From Patescibacteria group bacterium (GTDB taxonomy: Bacteria > Patescibacteriota > Patescibacteriia > 2-01-FULL-39-33): a stretch of DNA of 64,000 nt. The notes under the pieces are model-generated. The model made no database searches. It was not told the DNA's origin and worked only from the letters and a program-made list of their open reading frames with translations. Every line of letters begins with the position of its first letter. The stretch's first letter is position 1. Shown here piece after piece: positions 36,184-45,746 of the stretch. The stretch spans positions 56,034-120,033 of the forward strand of contig JBAZRV010000003.1 in NCBI GenBank assembly GCA_041662745.1. Reading direction: 5' to 3'. The position numbers and the translations under genes were made by a program.

Positions 36184-36972
36184 TTAACAGCTGGGCGCGC
36201 TTTCCAAAGCGTACTTGGCCCAGTCGGAGATCTTGGCTTCACCTAAGAGATCTTTAATTTTTTTGCTATCATCCTTAATGAAAATTTGATTAAGCAGGCA
36301 ATTTTCTTCGTAAAATTTATTCAGTTTGCCTTCAATAATTTTGTTCCAGATTTGTTCCGGTTTGCCTTCGCCTTTCAGCTGTTCGCGATAAATTTCTTTT
36401 TCTTTTTCTATTACGGCGGCATCAACGGCAGACGGCTCTAACCAGCGCGGGCTCATAGCCGCAATCTGCATGGCGATATCATTAGCCAGAGTCTCGTTGC
36501 CGCCGGTTAAAACGCAGATGCCGGCGACTTTGCGATTGGCATGGATATAGCGTCCCACGATTTCGCCTTCATAAACGCCAAAGCCGGACAATTGCATATT
36601 CTCCCCTACTTTCATCACCAGCTCTTTAAGTCGGCCTTCCGCCCAAGCTCTGAATTCTTCCGGCTGGGAAACCAAAAGCTTTTCCGCAAAAGTTTGAACG
36701 GTATTGCGGAAATCTTCGGTGCGGGAGACAAAATCTGTTTCGCAAGCCAAAGCCACGATAGCGGCCTTTTTACTGTCGCCGGAAACGGCGATAACGCCTT
36801 CTTTGACGGCGCGGTCGGCTTTTTTAGCGGCTTTAATCTCGCCTTTTTTGCGCATGATTTCTACCGCTTGTTCCAGATTGCCGCCCGCTTCTTCCAAGGC
36901 GGTTTTGCAATCATTCAAGCCGGCGCCGGTTCTTTCGCGAAGTTGGGAAATGAGCTTAACGTCGATGGACAT
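36184..36972 (-). CDS. tsf: elongation factor Ts
   Basis: N-terminal UBA-like LRERTGAGLNDCKTALEEAGGNLEQA; downstream of rpsB. Confidence 0.92.
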   Translation of the reverse strand: MSIDVKLISQLRERTGAGLNDCKTALEEAGGNLEQAVEIMRKKGEIKAAKKADRAVKEGVIAVSGDSKKAAIVALACETDFVSRTEDFRNTVQTFAEKLLVSQPEEFRAWAEGRLKELVMKVGENMQLSGFGVYEGEIVGRYIHANRKVAGICVLTGGNETLANDIAMQIAAMSPRWLEPSAVDAAVIEKEKEIYREQLKGEGKPEQIWNKIIEGKLNKFYEENCLLNQIFIKDDSKKIKDLLGEAKISDWAKYALESAPSC

Positions 36973-37060
36973 ATGGTAAAGAGTTAAAAGGTTTATAAAG
37001 TCAAAGCCATGAAATTAATAACGATTTTGTTTATAATTTTTATGGACTTTAAATTTTCGG

Positions 37061-37762
37061 TTAGGCCGTTTCTTTTTTTTGTTTTACCTTGCCGAAATTA
37101 ATAGCTTCGGCGATAACGCGGGTGATTAAATCAACCGAGTTGATGGCGTCGTCATTGGCCGGAATCGGATAAGTGAATAAATCAGGATTGATATTGGTAT
37201 CGCACGGTCCGATAATCGGAATTTTTCTTTTTTTGGCTTCCAAAACCGCGGTTTTTTCGCGTTTGGCATCAAGGATGAAAACGGCATCAGGCAAACGGCT
37301 CAGGTTTTCCAATCCGCCGACCATCTTGTCTAAGCGTTCAATTTCTTTGCTGATCATCACCTGTTCTTTCTTGGTGTATTTTGCCAGGGCGCCGGAATCG
37401 CGTTGTTCCTTCAGCGAACGGTATTTTTTTATCAGTTTGCCGACATTGACAAAATTAGTGAATAATCCGCCAACCCAGCGTTCCTTAATATAGGGCATGC
37501 CGGCTTGCTTGGCATATTTTTCAATTAACGGCTTGGCTTGGCTTTTGGTGCCGACAAAAAGAATGTTACCGCCGTTTTCGCCGATTTTTTCGGCAAACTC
37601 GGCCGCCTCTTTCAGTTTGGCTAATGTTTGTTCCAGATCAATAATGTGGACCCCGTTGCGTTCGGCAAAAATGAACGGTTTCATTTTGGGGTGCCAGCGG
37701 CCTTTTTGATGGCCGAAGTGGACTCCTGCCTGGAGGAGCTCCATTAATGTTGGTAAATTCAT
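37061..37762 (-). CDS. rpsB: 30S ribosomal protein S2
   Basis: MELLQAGVHFGHQKGRWHPKM. Confidence 0.93.
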   Translation of the reverse strand: MNLPTLMELLQAGVHFGHQKGRWHPKMKPFIFAERNGVHIIDLEQTLAKLKEAAEFAEKIGENGGNILFVGTKSQAKPLIEKYAKQAGMPYIKERWVGGLFTNFVNVGKLIKKYRSLKEQRDSGALAKYTKKEQVMISKEIERLDKMVGGLENLSRLPDAVFILDAKREKTAVLEAKKRKIPIIGPCDTNINPDLFTYPIPANDDAINSVDLITRVIAEAINFGKVKQKKETA

Positions 37763-37985
37763 AATTTTCCTTTCTTTCTTGGCAGTCCCTAATCCGCGGA
37801 TTAACCGCAGATTGGCCCGATTTTAGTTAATTAAAGCTACGGGCAAGGATTAATTCAGGGCTGCTGTTTATTAATAAAATGTATTAAAAGATTATCATAA
37901 ATCAACGGATAAGTCAAATCCCTAATTAAAATATAAAAGCCACTCCTGGGGAGAAGTGGCGATAAATGAGCGATTTTGGCCTTGG

Positions 37986-39359
37986 TCAGCTGTTGGGCCA
38001 GTACTTGCCGACTGGCCATTCGGCGATAGAAACATTGTCAATCATGACGCCGGCTTCGCTTAAACGCAATTGCGTGTTTGCGGAGATGACGTCAATAATG
38101 TGTTTCTTATGTTGCGCCAGTTCTTCCGACATGCCGGCCAGGATGCTGCCAGCGCTTGCTATTCCCGGATTGGCGAAAATAGAACAGGTTGTTTCCGTCG
38201 GCAAGCATTCGGTTAGCGCCACTATCGTCTCTCTTCTGACAACATCAGTGAGATATTCCTCAAGCCCTTCCTGTTGATGAAAGGTTTGAAGGTTTTTCAG
38301 ATAGCTTTCATTGCTGAGCAGAGTGTAGCCAACAGCCAATCTCAACTCATTCCCGTCAAGTGACGCTTCAACCGCTAAACCGTCTTTGGCGGCGGCGATG
38401 CCCCGAGTGTACTTTTTGGCGAATAAATTTACAAAGCGATGATCATAGGCCAGCAGCGTATCCTTATCATCAATGGCAAAACGTTTGTAAAATTCTCCGT
38501 CGGATCGGTTAATAAGGATAATTGAACTGTTTTTGCTTAATAAATATGACGGAGTTTTAAAAGTAAACAAAGTTGACACGACAAGGGCTGTGATAAAGAA
38601 TGCCATGATTACTGGTTTATCGTGTTTGTAAGTTGAGGTATCATGCACTATCGTAGCCGCTATTATCGCCGGTACCATAACGCAGGTAAATATGAACATT
38701 ACCGCAATAACCGCGTTCGGCAAGAAAATTACCGACAAGTAATACAGATAGACTGTCATGGCGACGGCGGCAATGATTATGCTGCAAGGTATCATAAATA
38801 CCGTAACGATATCTGTCAGATCATCGCCGTGTTCGCAGAACCAATTTTTTGTCCCCTTGGCTATTCGGACAAAACCGCAGAACAACCAGCCCAGGATTAG
38901 ACTGACCGGACTGATGATCTTCTTTAATGTTTGTATCTTTTTGTTGGGCGGTTTTAGCAGGATCCTGGCCTGCGACAAACTGACGATCCTGTTGGATATC
39001 AGTGAGATGATCAGTTTTTTATATTGCGAGTTTAAGGTCGGCAGGAATTCCGGTTGCCAGTCCATTCCCGTGGCTAAGCGGAATAATGTGAGACCCAGCT
39101 GATGGAAGGCTTCGCGTACGTCCTTGACCGGAGTTGTCGAGCCGTAATCGACTTTATTATTATCATCAATAAAAATATTTCCCGCTTCATACTTCACCAA
39201 TTCCCCTTTTTCTTTCAGACGCGCTTCCAGATCCTCCAGCAGTTCCGAGGCGATGGCATATAACAGACCATCTCCTAATTTGATTTCGTAGCGTTTTTTC
39301 ATGGTCACGTTCTCCTTTATGGTTGCGGTAACTGTTGTTTTGGTTAATTTTAAGGCCAA
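37986..39359 (-). CDS. membrane protein with N-terminal degenerate Ser/Thr-kinase C-lobe-like domain (457 aa); paralog of next gene
   Basis: N-terminal ...LVKYEAGNIFIDDNNKVDYGST...HQLGLTLFRLATG... resembles kinase subdomains VIb-IX (HRDLKPENILI..VKLADFG / DxWSLGxxLYExxTG) without N-lobe; then ~6 TM; shared architecture with 39480..41027. Confidence 0.5.
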   Translation of the reverse strand: MALKLTKTTVTATIKENVTMKKRYEIKLGDGLLYAIASELLEDLEARLKEKGELVKYEAGNIFIDDNNKVDYGSTTPVKDVREAFHQLGLTLFRLATGMDWQPEFLPTLNSQYKKLIISLISNRIVSLSQARILLKPPNKKIQTLKKIISPVSLILGWLFCGFVRIAKGTKNWFCEHGDDLTDIVTVFMIPCSIIIAAVAMTVYLYYLSVIFLPNAVIAVMFIFTCVMVPAIIAATIVHDTSTYKHDKPVIMAFFITALVVSTLFTFKTPSYLLSKNSSIILINRSDGEFYKRFAIDDKDTLLAYDHRFVNLFAKKYTRGIAAAKDGLAVEASLDGNELRLAVGYTLLSNESYLKNLQTFHQQEGLEEYLTDVVRRETIVALTECLPTETTCSIFANPGIASAGSILAGMSEELAQHKKHIIDVISANTQLRLSEAGVMIDNVSIAEWPVGKYWPNS

Positions 39360-39479
39360 AATTGTAAGGTGCTTGTTATCTGCATAACAATATGGCAGAT
39401 TAGCATTATGTTATGAAAATGTCAAATAATCAATAAATGAAAAGCCACCTCCTCATGGGAAGTGGCAAAAATGAACTAG

Positions 39480-41027
39480 TTATTCAGTTTCCTGTTCGGC
39501 CGTTACTTTGGCCGGCGGATTGGCCGGCTGGGATGGCGTTTGCTTTTCAGCCGTTTCTCCCGGCTTTTTCGGCTCTTTGACTTCAATGTAGTTATACTGA
39601 TTCTTGAATTGTTGGCGCAATTGGCCTTGAATATTGTCCATGATTTGCCGGCGTTGTTTATCAATGACGGCCTGCTGACGCGACAACAGTTCGTTTCTGA
39701 CTAGGCGGACGGTAAGCTCGCGCAGGACCTGATAATCATTTTTTGACAGCGTGCCGTCCGCGCCCTTAGCTTCAACGGTTATTTCTTTAAGCTCCTGCTC
39801 AATTGCCAGGCGGGACTTAATGGGGACAACGCTTTCAGCTAGAGCTTTTTGAACCGCGACTTGACCGGCGTTAATCAGCTCTTGTTCTAGATCGGCTTGC
39901 GTTTGCTTATTCTCCGTCATCCGTTTCCAGTCGCTTTCAAATGTCGCCTGGTCGGTGATGGCATACTTGATCCAGAAGCAGAACTTTTCTCCGTTTTTAT
40001 CCTTATCCAGCGGCGCTTCCACCGGGATGCCTTCATGCTGAATGAGTATGCCCGGCGCATAGCTTTTGGTGAATAAATTGACATACGCAGCTTCGTAATG
40101 CGGGATGTAATGTTTATCTTCGCCGTCGGCGATTCGGCCGATCAGGTTTCCGCTGGAGCGATCAATTACTACTAAGGGAGGACAAAAGCCAGTCGTTGGA
40201 GTCTCAAAGATTTCATAAATTGAAAGCGAGGCAATCAGGATTAAAAAGGCAATCCAGCCCCTGAAGATGCAATCATCCTCCCGCAGATCGGTGAGCATGG
40301 CTGATATCACAGTTATTATGACCCCTAAAAAGAAGGAGAAAAATACAATTAGAAAACCGCAAATTACAGCCATAGCGATACTAAAATAAATAGCATTAAC
40401 AGAAGCCAGGCAAATGAACGAAGCGCCGGCGATGATAATCAGCATTACGTGGGCGATAAGCGAAAATTTACGTTTTATAAACCTCAGCAGTTTCAACAGT
40501 TTGGCCGCTGTTTTTTTTGTTTGCGGATAAATATTGCCAGCTTGAGCTCCCAGCCGTTTAAAAGCTGAGACCGCTCCCTGGCCGATCAGCGTAATCAGCC
40601 AGCAGAGCGGGTTTAACAGCAATTTGGTTTTACGTGCCAGCTTTTTGATTCGGCTGGGTCGGATCAGGAGTTCTTCCACTTGCTTGAAGTTGACCGCTTG
40701 GCCGGATAGCAATAATTCCACTAACGGCCAGAGGTCAGAGTCAAACGGTTCATAGCCGGCATCGGCGGCGCGCAGGGCTGAATCGTTTATTTCCGATTTG
40801 CCCGTGGCCACATGATACAAGGTAACGCCTAAATAATAGAGCGCTTCGCGAATATTTTTGATCTGCGAAGTCGGCAGGGTGTCGCAGACAACCTTTCGGC
40901 TGTCATTGATGAATACCGTATCCGGGTCAAAACGCAATACGACGTCGTTGTTTGCCGCTTCGCGCAACCTGTTAGTCAGGGTTTGGGCGATAAGAAAAAG
41001 ATCTTCTTCCCGTTGCCAGGTTCTCAT
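39480..41027 (-). CDS. membrane protein with N-terminal degenerate Ser/Thr-kinase C-lobe-like domain (515 aa); paralog
   Basis: ...VVLRFDPDTVFINDSRKVVCDT...ALYYLGVTLYHVATGKSE...PLVELLLSG... aligns to kinase catalytic-loop/subdomain IX-XI; TM block; C-terminal coiled coil and Q/P-rich tail. Confidence 0.5.
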   Translation of the reverse strand: MRTWQREEDLFLIAQTLTNRLREAANNDVVLRFDPDTVFINDSRKVVCDTLPTSQIKNIREALYYLGVTLYHVATGKSEINDSALRAADAGYEPFDSDLWPLVELLLSGQAVNFKQVEELLIRPSRIKKLARKTKLLLNPLCWLITLIGQGAVSAFKRLGAQAGNIYPQTKKTAAKLLKLLRFIKRKFSLIAHVMLIIIAGASFICLASVNAIYFSIAMAVICGFLIVFFSFFLGVIITVISAMLTDLREDDCIFRGWIAFLILIASLSIYEIFETPTTGFCPPLVVIDRSSGNLIGRIADGEDKHYIPHYEAAYVNLFTKSYAPGILIQHEGIPVEAPLDKDKNGEKFCFWIKYAITDQATFESDWKRMTENKQTQADLEQELINAGQVAVQKALAESVVPIKSRLAIEQELKEITVEAKGADGTLSKNDYQVLRELTVRLVRNELLSRQQAVIDKQRRQIMDNIQGQLRQQFKNQYNYIEVKEPKKPGETAEKQTPSQPANPPAKVTAEQETE

Positions 41028-41215
41028 GGTTTCTCCTTTGGCTTTTTGGCCGGTTGGCTGTCTGTAAACTTAATGTTTTTTAAATTTTAATGTGCTTGTC
41101 CGGTTATTCCAGAATATGAAATCTTAGCATATTTTAGATAAAATGTCAATATGTTGACATTTTGGCTAAAATCGGATATAATTAGGCATATTATCAATTA
41201 ACGTATTAAGCGTTT

Positions 41216-41518
41216 ATGAAAAAAGAAGTCCATCCTCAGTATTTTCCCCAAGCCAAGGTGATCTGCGCCTGCGGCAATGTTTTTAATGTCGGATCAACCC
41301 GAGAGGAAATCCAAGTTGAAATCTGTTCCGCTTGCCATCCGTTTTATACCGGCAAACAAAAATTACTGGATACGGCCCGTCGCGTTGATAAATTCGTTAA
41401 ACGTTCCGAGGCTAAATCCGTTAAGATTGGCGGTAAAAAAGTCAAAAAAGAAAAACAGAAAGCTATCAAGGCCGCCAAGAAAGCCGAGCAAGAGGGAGTG
41501 AAAATCGTCAAAAAATAA
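41216..41518 (+). CDS. rpmE: 50S ribosomal protein L31 with lysine-rich C-terminal extension
   Basis: MKKEVHPQY...CxC...[10 protein letters not shown]; 100 aa vs ~70 typical. Confidence 0.88.
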   Translation: MKKEVHPQYFPQAKVICACGNVFNVGSTREEIQVEICSACHPFYTGKQKLLDTARRVDKFVKRSEAKSVKIGGKKVKKEKQKAIKAAKKAEQEGVKIVKK

Positions 41519-41594
41519 CTGCGATATAAAAAAGAATCCGGACATCTTAAGCGGTGGCGGATTCTTTTTATTTAAGGTATAATGGAAGAAAGTT

Positions 41595-42665
41595 ATGCAG
41601 GATAAATTGCAACAATTGCAAATCAGGTTTGAAGAGTTAGAGCGTCTGCTACAGCAAGACGCCGTGATTAATGATCCCGCAAAAATCAAGGAGGTATCGC
41701 AGGAATATGATGACCTGAAAGAAATCATCGCCGCTAAGAAGCGGCTGGATAAGGTTAGTACGGAGTTGGTTGAAGTAGAGAAAATGCTTTCGGACAATAA
41801 AGACGATCAAGAGTTATATAAGATATCCTTGGAAGAAAAAACCGCTTTGATGCGTCAGAAAGAAGAAACGGAAAAATTAATCAAGTCATTGTTGATCCCT
41901 AAGGATCCGGCTGATAAGAAGAATGTTATCGTGGAAATTCGCGCCGGCGCCGGCGGCGATGAAGCGGCATTGTTTGCGGCTGAGTTGTTCCGCTTGTACA
42001 ATCGTTATGCGGAGAAGCATAATTGGAAAATTAAATTGATTTCCGACAGTCGCATCGGCATCGGCGGGTTCAAAGAAGCTATTTTTGAAGTTGTCGGCAA
42101 TGGCGTTTACGGCCGGTTGAAATTTGAGAGCGGCGTGCACCGTGTCCAGCGCGTACCGGAAACCGAGAAAAAGGGCCGTGTTCATACCTCCACCGTTACC
42201 GTCGTTGTTTTGCCGGAAGTGGAAGAAGTGGATATGAGGATTGAACCGAAAGACATTCGCATTGATACTTTTTGCGCCGGCGGCCATGGCGGACAGTCGG
42301 TTAATACCACTTATTCGGCCGTGCGCATCACCCACTTGCCTACTGGTTTGGCTGTTTCCTGCCAGGATGAGCGCAGTCAATTGCAGAATCGCGAAAAGGC
42401 CATGTTGGTATTGCGTTCCCGCTTATATGACCTGAAACGCCAAGAAGAAGAAACCAAGCTCTCTGCCACCCGCAAGTCGCAAATCGGCACGGGCGATCGG
42501 AGTGAGAAAATTCGCACTTATAATTTCCCCCAGGACCGTATCACCGACCATCGCATTAATGAGAACTTTTCCAATATTCCCGGAGTTATGGGCGGCGATT
42601 TGGACAGAATCTTGGATCAATTGAAGGAATTTTATGACGCTCAGGCCATCAGCGGCCAAGAGTAA
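41595..42665 (+). CDS. prfA: peptide chain release factor 1
   Basis: GGQ motif [11 protein letters not shown] (RF1-type NTT), [10 protein letters not shown]. Confidence 0.9.
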   Translation: MQDKLQQLQIRFEELERLLQQDAVINDPAKIKEVSQEYDDLKEIIAAKKRLDKVSTELVEVEKMLSDNKDDQELYKISLEEKTALMRQKEETEKLIKSLLIPKDPADKKNVIVEIRAGAGGDEAALFAAELFRLYNRYAEKHNWKIKLISDSRIGIGGFKEAIFEVVGNGVYGRLKFESGVHRVQRVPETEKKGRVHTSTVTVVVLPEVEEVDMRIEPKDIRIDTFCAGGHGGQSVNTTYSAVRITHLPTGLAVSCQDERSQLQNREKAMLVLRSRLYDLKRQEEETKLSATRKSQIGTGDRSEKIRTYNFPQDRITDHRINENFSNIPGVMGGDLDRILDQLKEFYDAQAISGQE

Positions 42666-42717
42666 TCGCCGATAGAAAAAAGCGTTCCCGTTTGGGAGCG
42701 CTTTGTTAGTAAGGTGC

Positions 42718-43317
42718 TTAATAGCGGTCGCCGGGACCGTCAGGCAGCTTTTTATGCGGTCGGAGCTGGACGGCGTCTTCCAGCTTGAAGCGTTTACGGG
42801 TGGCTTGGTAGTAAGCCAGCAAGAGCAGGGCCTGTTTGGTTTCTAATTGCCTGCCCCAACGCAATTTACAGAGCCCGATAAGGTATTCGGCGTGGCCGTC
42901 CTGAAACGCCGGTGACTCGTGGATGGCGCGAATCGGTTGCCAGTTTTCATTAGTCAAGATTAGAACCATGTTTTTGTAAGGCGAAACGCGGAAAAGACGA
43001 ATAAGATAATTGATTTTGCCGGTATAGTGCATAAGCGAGAATAACCACATCCAGTATAGACTGGATTCGTTATCCTGAATGGGCTCGCCGCTCAGGCGAC
43101 AGGTCATGGCCACAGATGGCGGCAACTTGAATTCTTTAATGAGAACTGAACGCGGAATTTTGGCATAATCCATGCTGGTAAAGCATAGAGCCGCTCTGAC
43201 AGCCTTGTCCGGCAGTTGGCCGGTTGCCTTGGCTTCCCAAAATTCAACTATGGCCCTCAGATAAGCATCAATGATTTGCCTGTATTCTTCCAGAGCGTCG
43301 CTACAGCCGCAGGACAT
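42718..43317 (-). CDS. hypothetical protein (199 aa)
   Basis: ORF between prfA and prmC on opposite strand. Confidence 0.45.
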   Translation of the reverse strand: MSCGCSDALEEYRQIIDAYLRAIVEFWEAKATGQLPDKAVRAALCFTSMDYAKIPRSVLIKEFKLPPSVAMTCRLSGEPIQDNESSLYWMWLFSLMHYTGKINYLIRLFRVSPYKNMVLILTNENWQPIRAIHESPAFQDGHAEYLIGLCKLRWGRQLETKQALLLLAYYQATRKRFKLEDAVQLRPHKKLPDGPGDRY

Positions 43318-43403
43318 GGTTGATTCCTCCTTATCGTTGTCCTATCGTCGTTTTTGTCAAAGTTCTATTTTGTAAATAATATGTTATCATTTTTACTTAT
43401 CTT

Positions 43404-44258
43404 ATGTCAATAGCTCAAATATTGCAGCTGGCCGTCAAAAGATTAAAAAATCGGAATATTGTCTCGACCGAGTTGGATGCGGAATTGCTTCTGGCTTCCG
43501 TTTTGGCTTGTCCGCGCGAATATGTTTTAGCGCATCCGGAATTTAAGCTGAGCGCCAGACAGTTAAGCAAGTTTAAAAACCTGTTGAAACGCCGGATTAA
43601 CTACGAGCCGATTGCGTATATTTTGGGCAAGAAAGATTTTTTTGGTTTGGAACTCAAGGTCAATAAAAACGTGCTTATCCCCCGCCCCGAGACCGAGACG
43701 GTTGTAGAGACGGCCTTGGATTTTATCCGCTCCAATCGCCTTAATAAAATCATTGATGTTGGTACGGGGTCAGGCGCCATTGCCTTGGCCTTGAAGAAAG
43801 TCCGGCCTCGAGCTGATGTTCTGGCCGTAGATGATTCGGCGTCGGCTTTAATTATTGCCAAACAAAACGCCCGGCGCTATGAATTGAAAATAAAGTTTAT
43901 AAAAAGCGATTTACTCAGCCGGGTTAGCGATGCGGAGTTGCAGGATTCGGTAATTGTCGCTAATTTGCCTTATTTAAGTCCGGCAACGATTAAGCGGTAT
44001 AGCCCCGTTTTAAAAAGACAATTGGCTTATGAACCGCAAGCGGCGCTTTATGCCGGTCGTTATGGCATCGATGCCTATGAGAATTTGTTTCAGCAATTGG
44101 CTAAGCGTTTGGCTAAACCGCGCGCCGTGTTTTGCGAAATCGGCCCTTGCCATTGGCGAAAGTATTATCAGACGGCGAAAAAGTATTTTGTCAGGCAAAA
44201 AGTGGAAGTTAAAAGCGATTTGGCGGGCAAGAAAAGGTGTTTGATTATTTATTATTAA
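43404..44258 (+). CDS. prmC: release factor glutamine N5-methyltransferase (HemK/PrmC)
   Basis: SAM MTase motif IDVGTGSGAIA; IVANLPYL (NPPY-type) motif. Confidence 0.85.
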   Translation: MSIAQILQLAVKRLKNRNIVSTELDAELLLASVLACPREYVLAHPEFKLSARQLSKFKNLLKRRINYEPIAYILGKKDFFGLELKVNKNVLIPRPETETVVETALDFIRSNRLNKIIDVGTGSGAIALALKKVRPRADVLAVDDSASALIIAKQNARRYELKIKFIKSDLLSRVSDAELQDSVIVANLPYLSPATIKRYSPVLKRQLAYEPQAALYAGRYGIDAYENLFQQLAKRLAKPRAVFCEIGPCHWRKYYQTAKKYFVRQKVEVKSDLAGKKRCLIIYY

Positions 44259-44332
44259 TATCGCCTCGGTTTGCTAAATAAGCATCACAAAAAAACAACC
44301 CGCTAATGCGAGCTGTTTTTTGTATTTGAAGA

Positions 44333-45007
44333 TTATTTTTTATCTTTGCTTTCCTCGGTTGCCGCAGTTTCGCCTTCAGCGGGAGCGGCCTCGCCTTCAG
44401 CGGGAGCGGCCTCGCCTTCAGCGGTAACGGCTGGGACTTCTTCCGTCTCAACTTTCGGTCGGGCCACATTGGCTACTGCATCTTCAAGATGATGATGCAG
44501 GATTTCCAGGGTTGCGGGAATCTTGAGATCGGCCAAAGTGATAACATCATCAAAAGTGTTTAAGGGGGTGATATCCACTACAACTTCATGGATCAAGTCA
44601 GTTGGCAGACAACGCACTTCCAATTCGGAAATGTTATGCACTAACACGCCGGCGTCTTCCTTAACGGCGCGGGATTCGCCGATAAATACCAGCGGAATAG
44701 TGGCATGCATCTTCTCTTTCATATTGATCCGATGCAGATCGGCATGGGTAACGCGCCCCTTAACCGGTTCAAATTGAACTTCAGAGATGATTGCCTTAAT
44801 CGGCGCAGCGTCGTCAACACTCAAGTCAATGATGGTGCTTTCGCCAGCCTCTTTTAACACTTTCTCAAATTCAACGTAATTGAATTCCAGGTTTTGATTG
44901 GTTTGGCCGTGGCCATAGATTACCGCCGGGACAGAGCCTTGAGATCTTAGGGCTTGGACTTTTTTGCCCAATTCTTTACGGGTTTTAGCTTTTAGATTCA
45001 ATGTCAT
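44333..45007 (-). CDS. rplY: 50S ribosomal protein L25/general stress protein Ctc, with C-terminal AAPAEGE x3 repeat
   Basis: N-terminal ...VPAVIYGHGQTNQNLE...; 3 x 21-nt DNA tandem repeat at 44350-44412. Confidence 0.88.
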   Translation of the reverse strand: MTLNLKAKTRKELGKKVQALRSQGSVPAVIYGHGQTNQNLEFNYVEFEKVLKEAGESTIIDLSVDDAAPIKAIISEVQFEPVKGRVTHADLHRINMKEKMHATIPLVFIGESRAVKEDAGVLVHNISELEVRCLPTDLIHEVVVDITPLNTFDDVITLADLKIPATLEILHHHLEDAVANVARPKVETEEVPAVTAEGEAAPAEGEAAPAEGETAATEESKDKK

Positions 45008-45111
45008 ATATGGATGTTAATTCGTAATAACCAGGTTACTTTAGCATTAAATTATTTTTTTGTCAAATTGGCATTACCTGATTGCCATAGGGCGAATAGA
45101 CTGTTTCCGGA

Positions 45112-45140
45112 TAAGAAAAAAGCTCCCACTAATTGGAGCT
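45112..45140 (-). terminator. intrinsic terminator agctcccact-aattggagct with U-run on minus strand
   Basis: downstream of 45167..45709 (-). Confidence 0.65.
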
Positions 45141-45166
45141 TTATTTGGTTTGGCCAAAGGTGCTGG

Positions 45167-45709
45167 TTAATCGGCGGGAGCGGAAAGTTCGGCGTTGGCA
45201 TCTGTAGCCGGGAAGGCTCCATATCTAACTAAAGCTGTCCCCGGGCTTTCAGGGAAACCTCCATAAAGAGTCATCATGTTTGAATCGTCCGGAGAGTCCG
45301 GAAAAGAGGGTAATCCATCATTTCTATTGCGGTTTAGTTGATCAATTAGCGCTCGTTCCGCCGTTTTAAAGACCACCTCTTGTTTTTCGGGATCATAATC
45401 GGCGAACAAGCGATTAAAAGCAAAAATAATTTGCAGATCTTCATTAAGCAGGACGCCGTAGTCGCAAACAGTTTCTTCAGTACCAAAAATTCTATTGGCT
45501 AAATTAACCATCCCGGTTTCTTCGGAGTAAACGGCCATAAACTCCTCGGCTGGCTTGGTCTGGCCCCGCATAATGATCAAATAATAATTCTGCGCCGCTT
45601 CATCCGGGGAAGCCTGTTCTTGGGGGTTTGACAATTTTACTTTGACTTGATGCCTTTGCAAATCACGACGTAAAAAAGAAAGAACATTGCCATGCATCGG
45701 ATTGCTCAT
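45167..45709 (-). CDS. hypothetical protein (180 aa), downstream partner of SPASM radical SAM gene
   Basis: ORF; 37-nt gap to radical SAM gene, same strand. Confidence 0.5.
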   Translation of the reverse strand: MSNPMHGNVLSFLRRDLQRHQVKVKLSNPQEQASPDEAAQNYYLIIMRGQTKPAEEFMAVYSEETGMVNLANRIFGTEETVCDYGVLLNEDLQIIFAFNRLFADYDPEKQEVVFKTAERALIDQLNRNRNDGLPSFPDSPDDSNMMTLYGGFPESPGTALVRYGAFPATDANAELSAPAD

Positions 45710-45746
45710 TTTTTCTCTCCTTATCGGTTGCCGATTGATTTTTAGG

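Noticed and set aside
41363-41797. 144-aa minus-strand ORF antisense to rpmE/prfA
   Set aside because: Overlaps two well-supported plus-strand genes; low-complexity Ser/Phe-rich frame.
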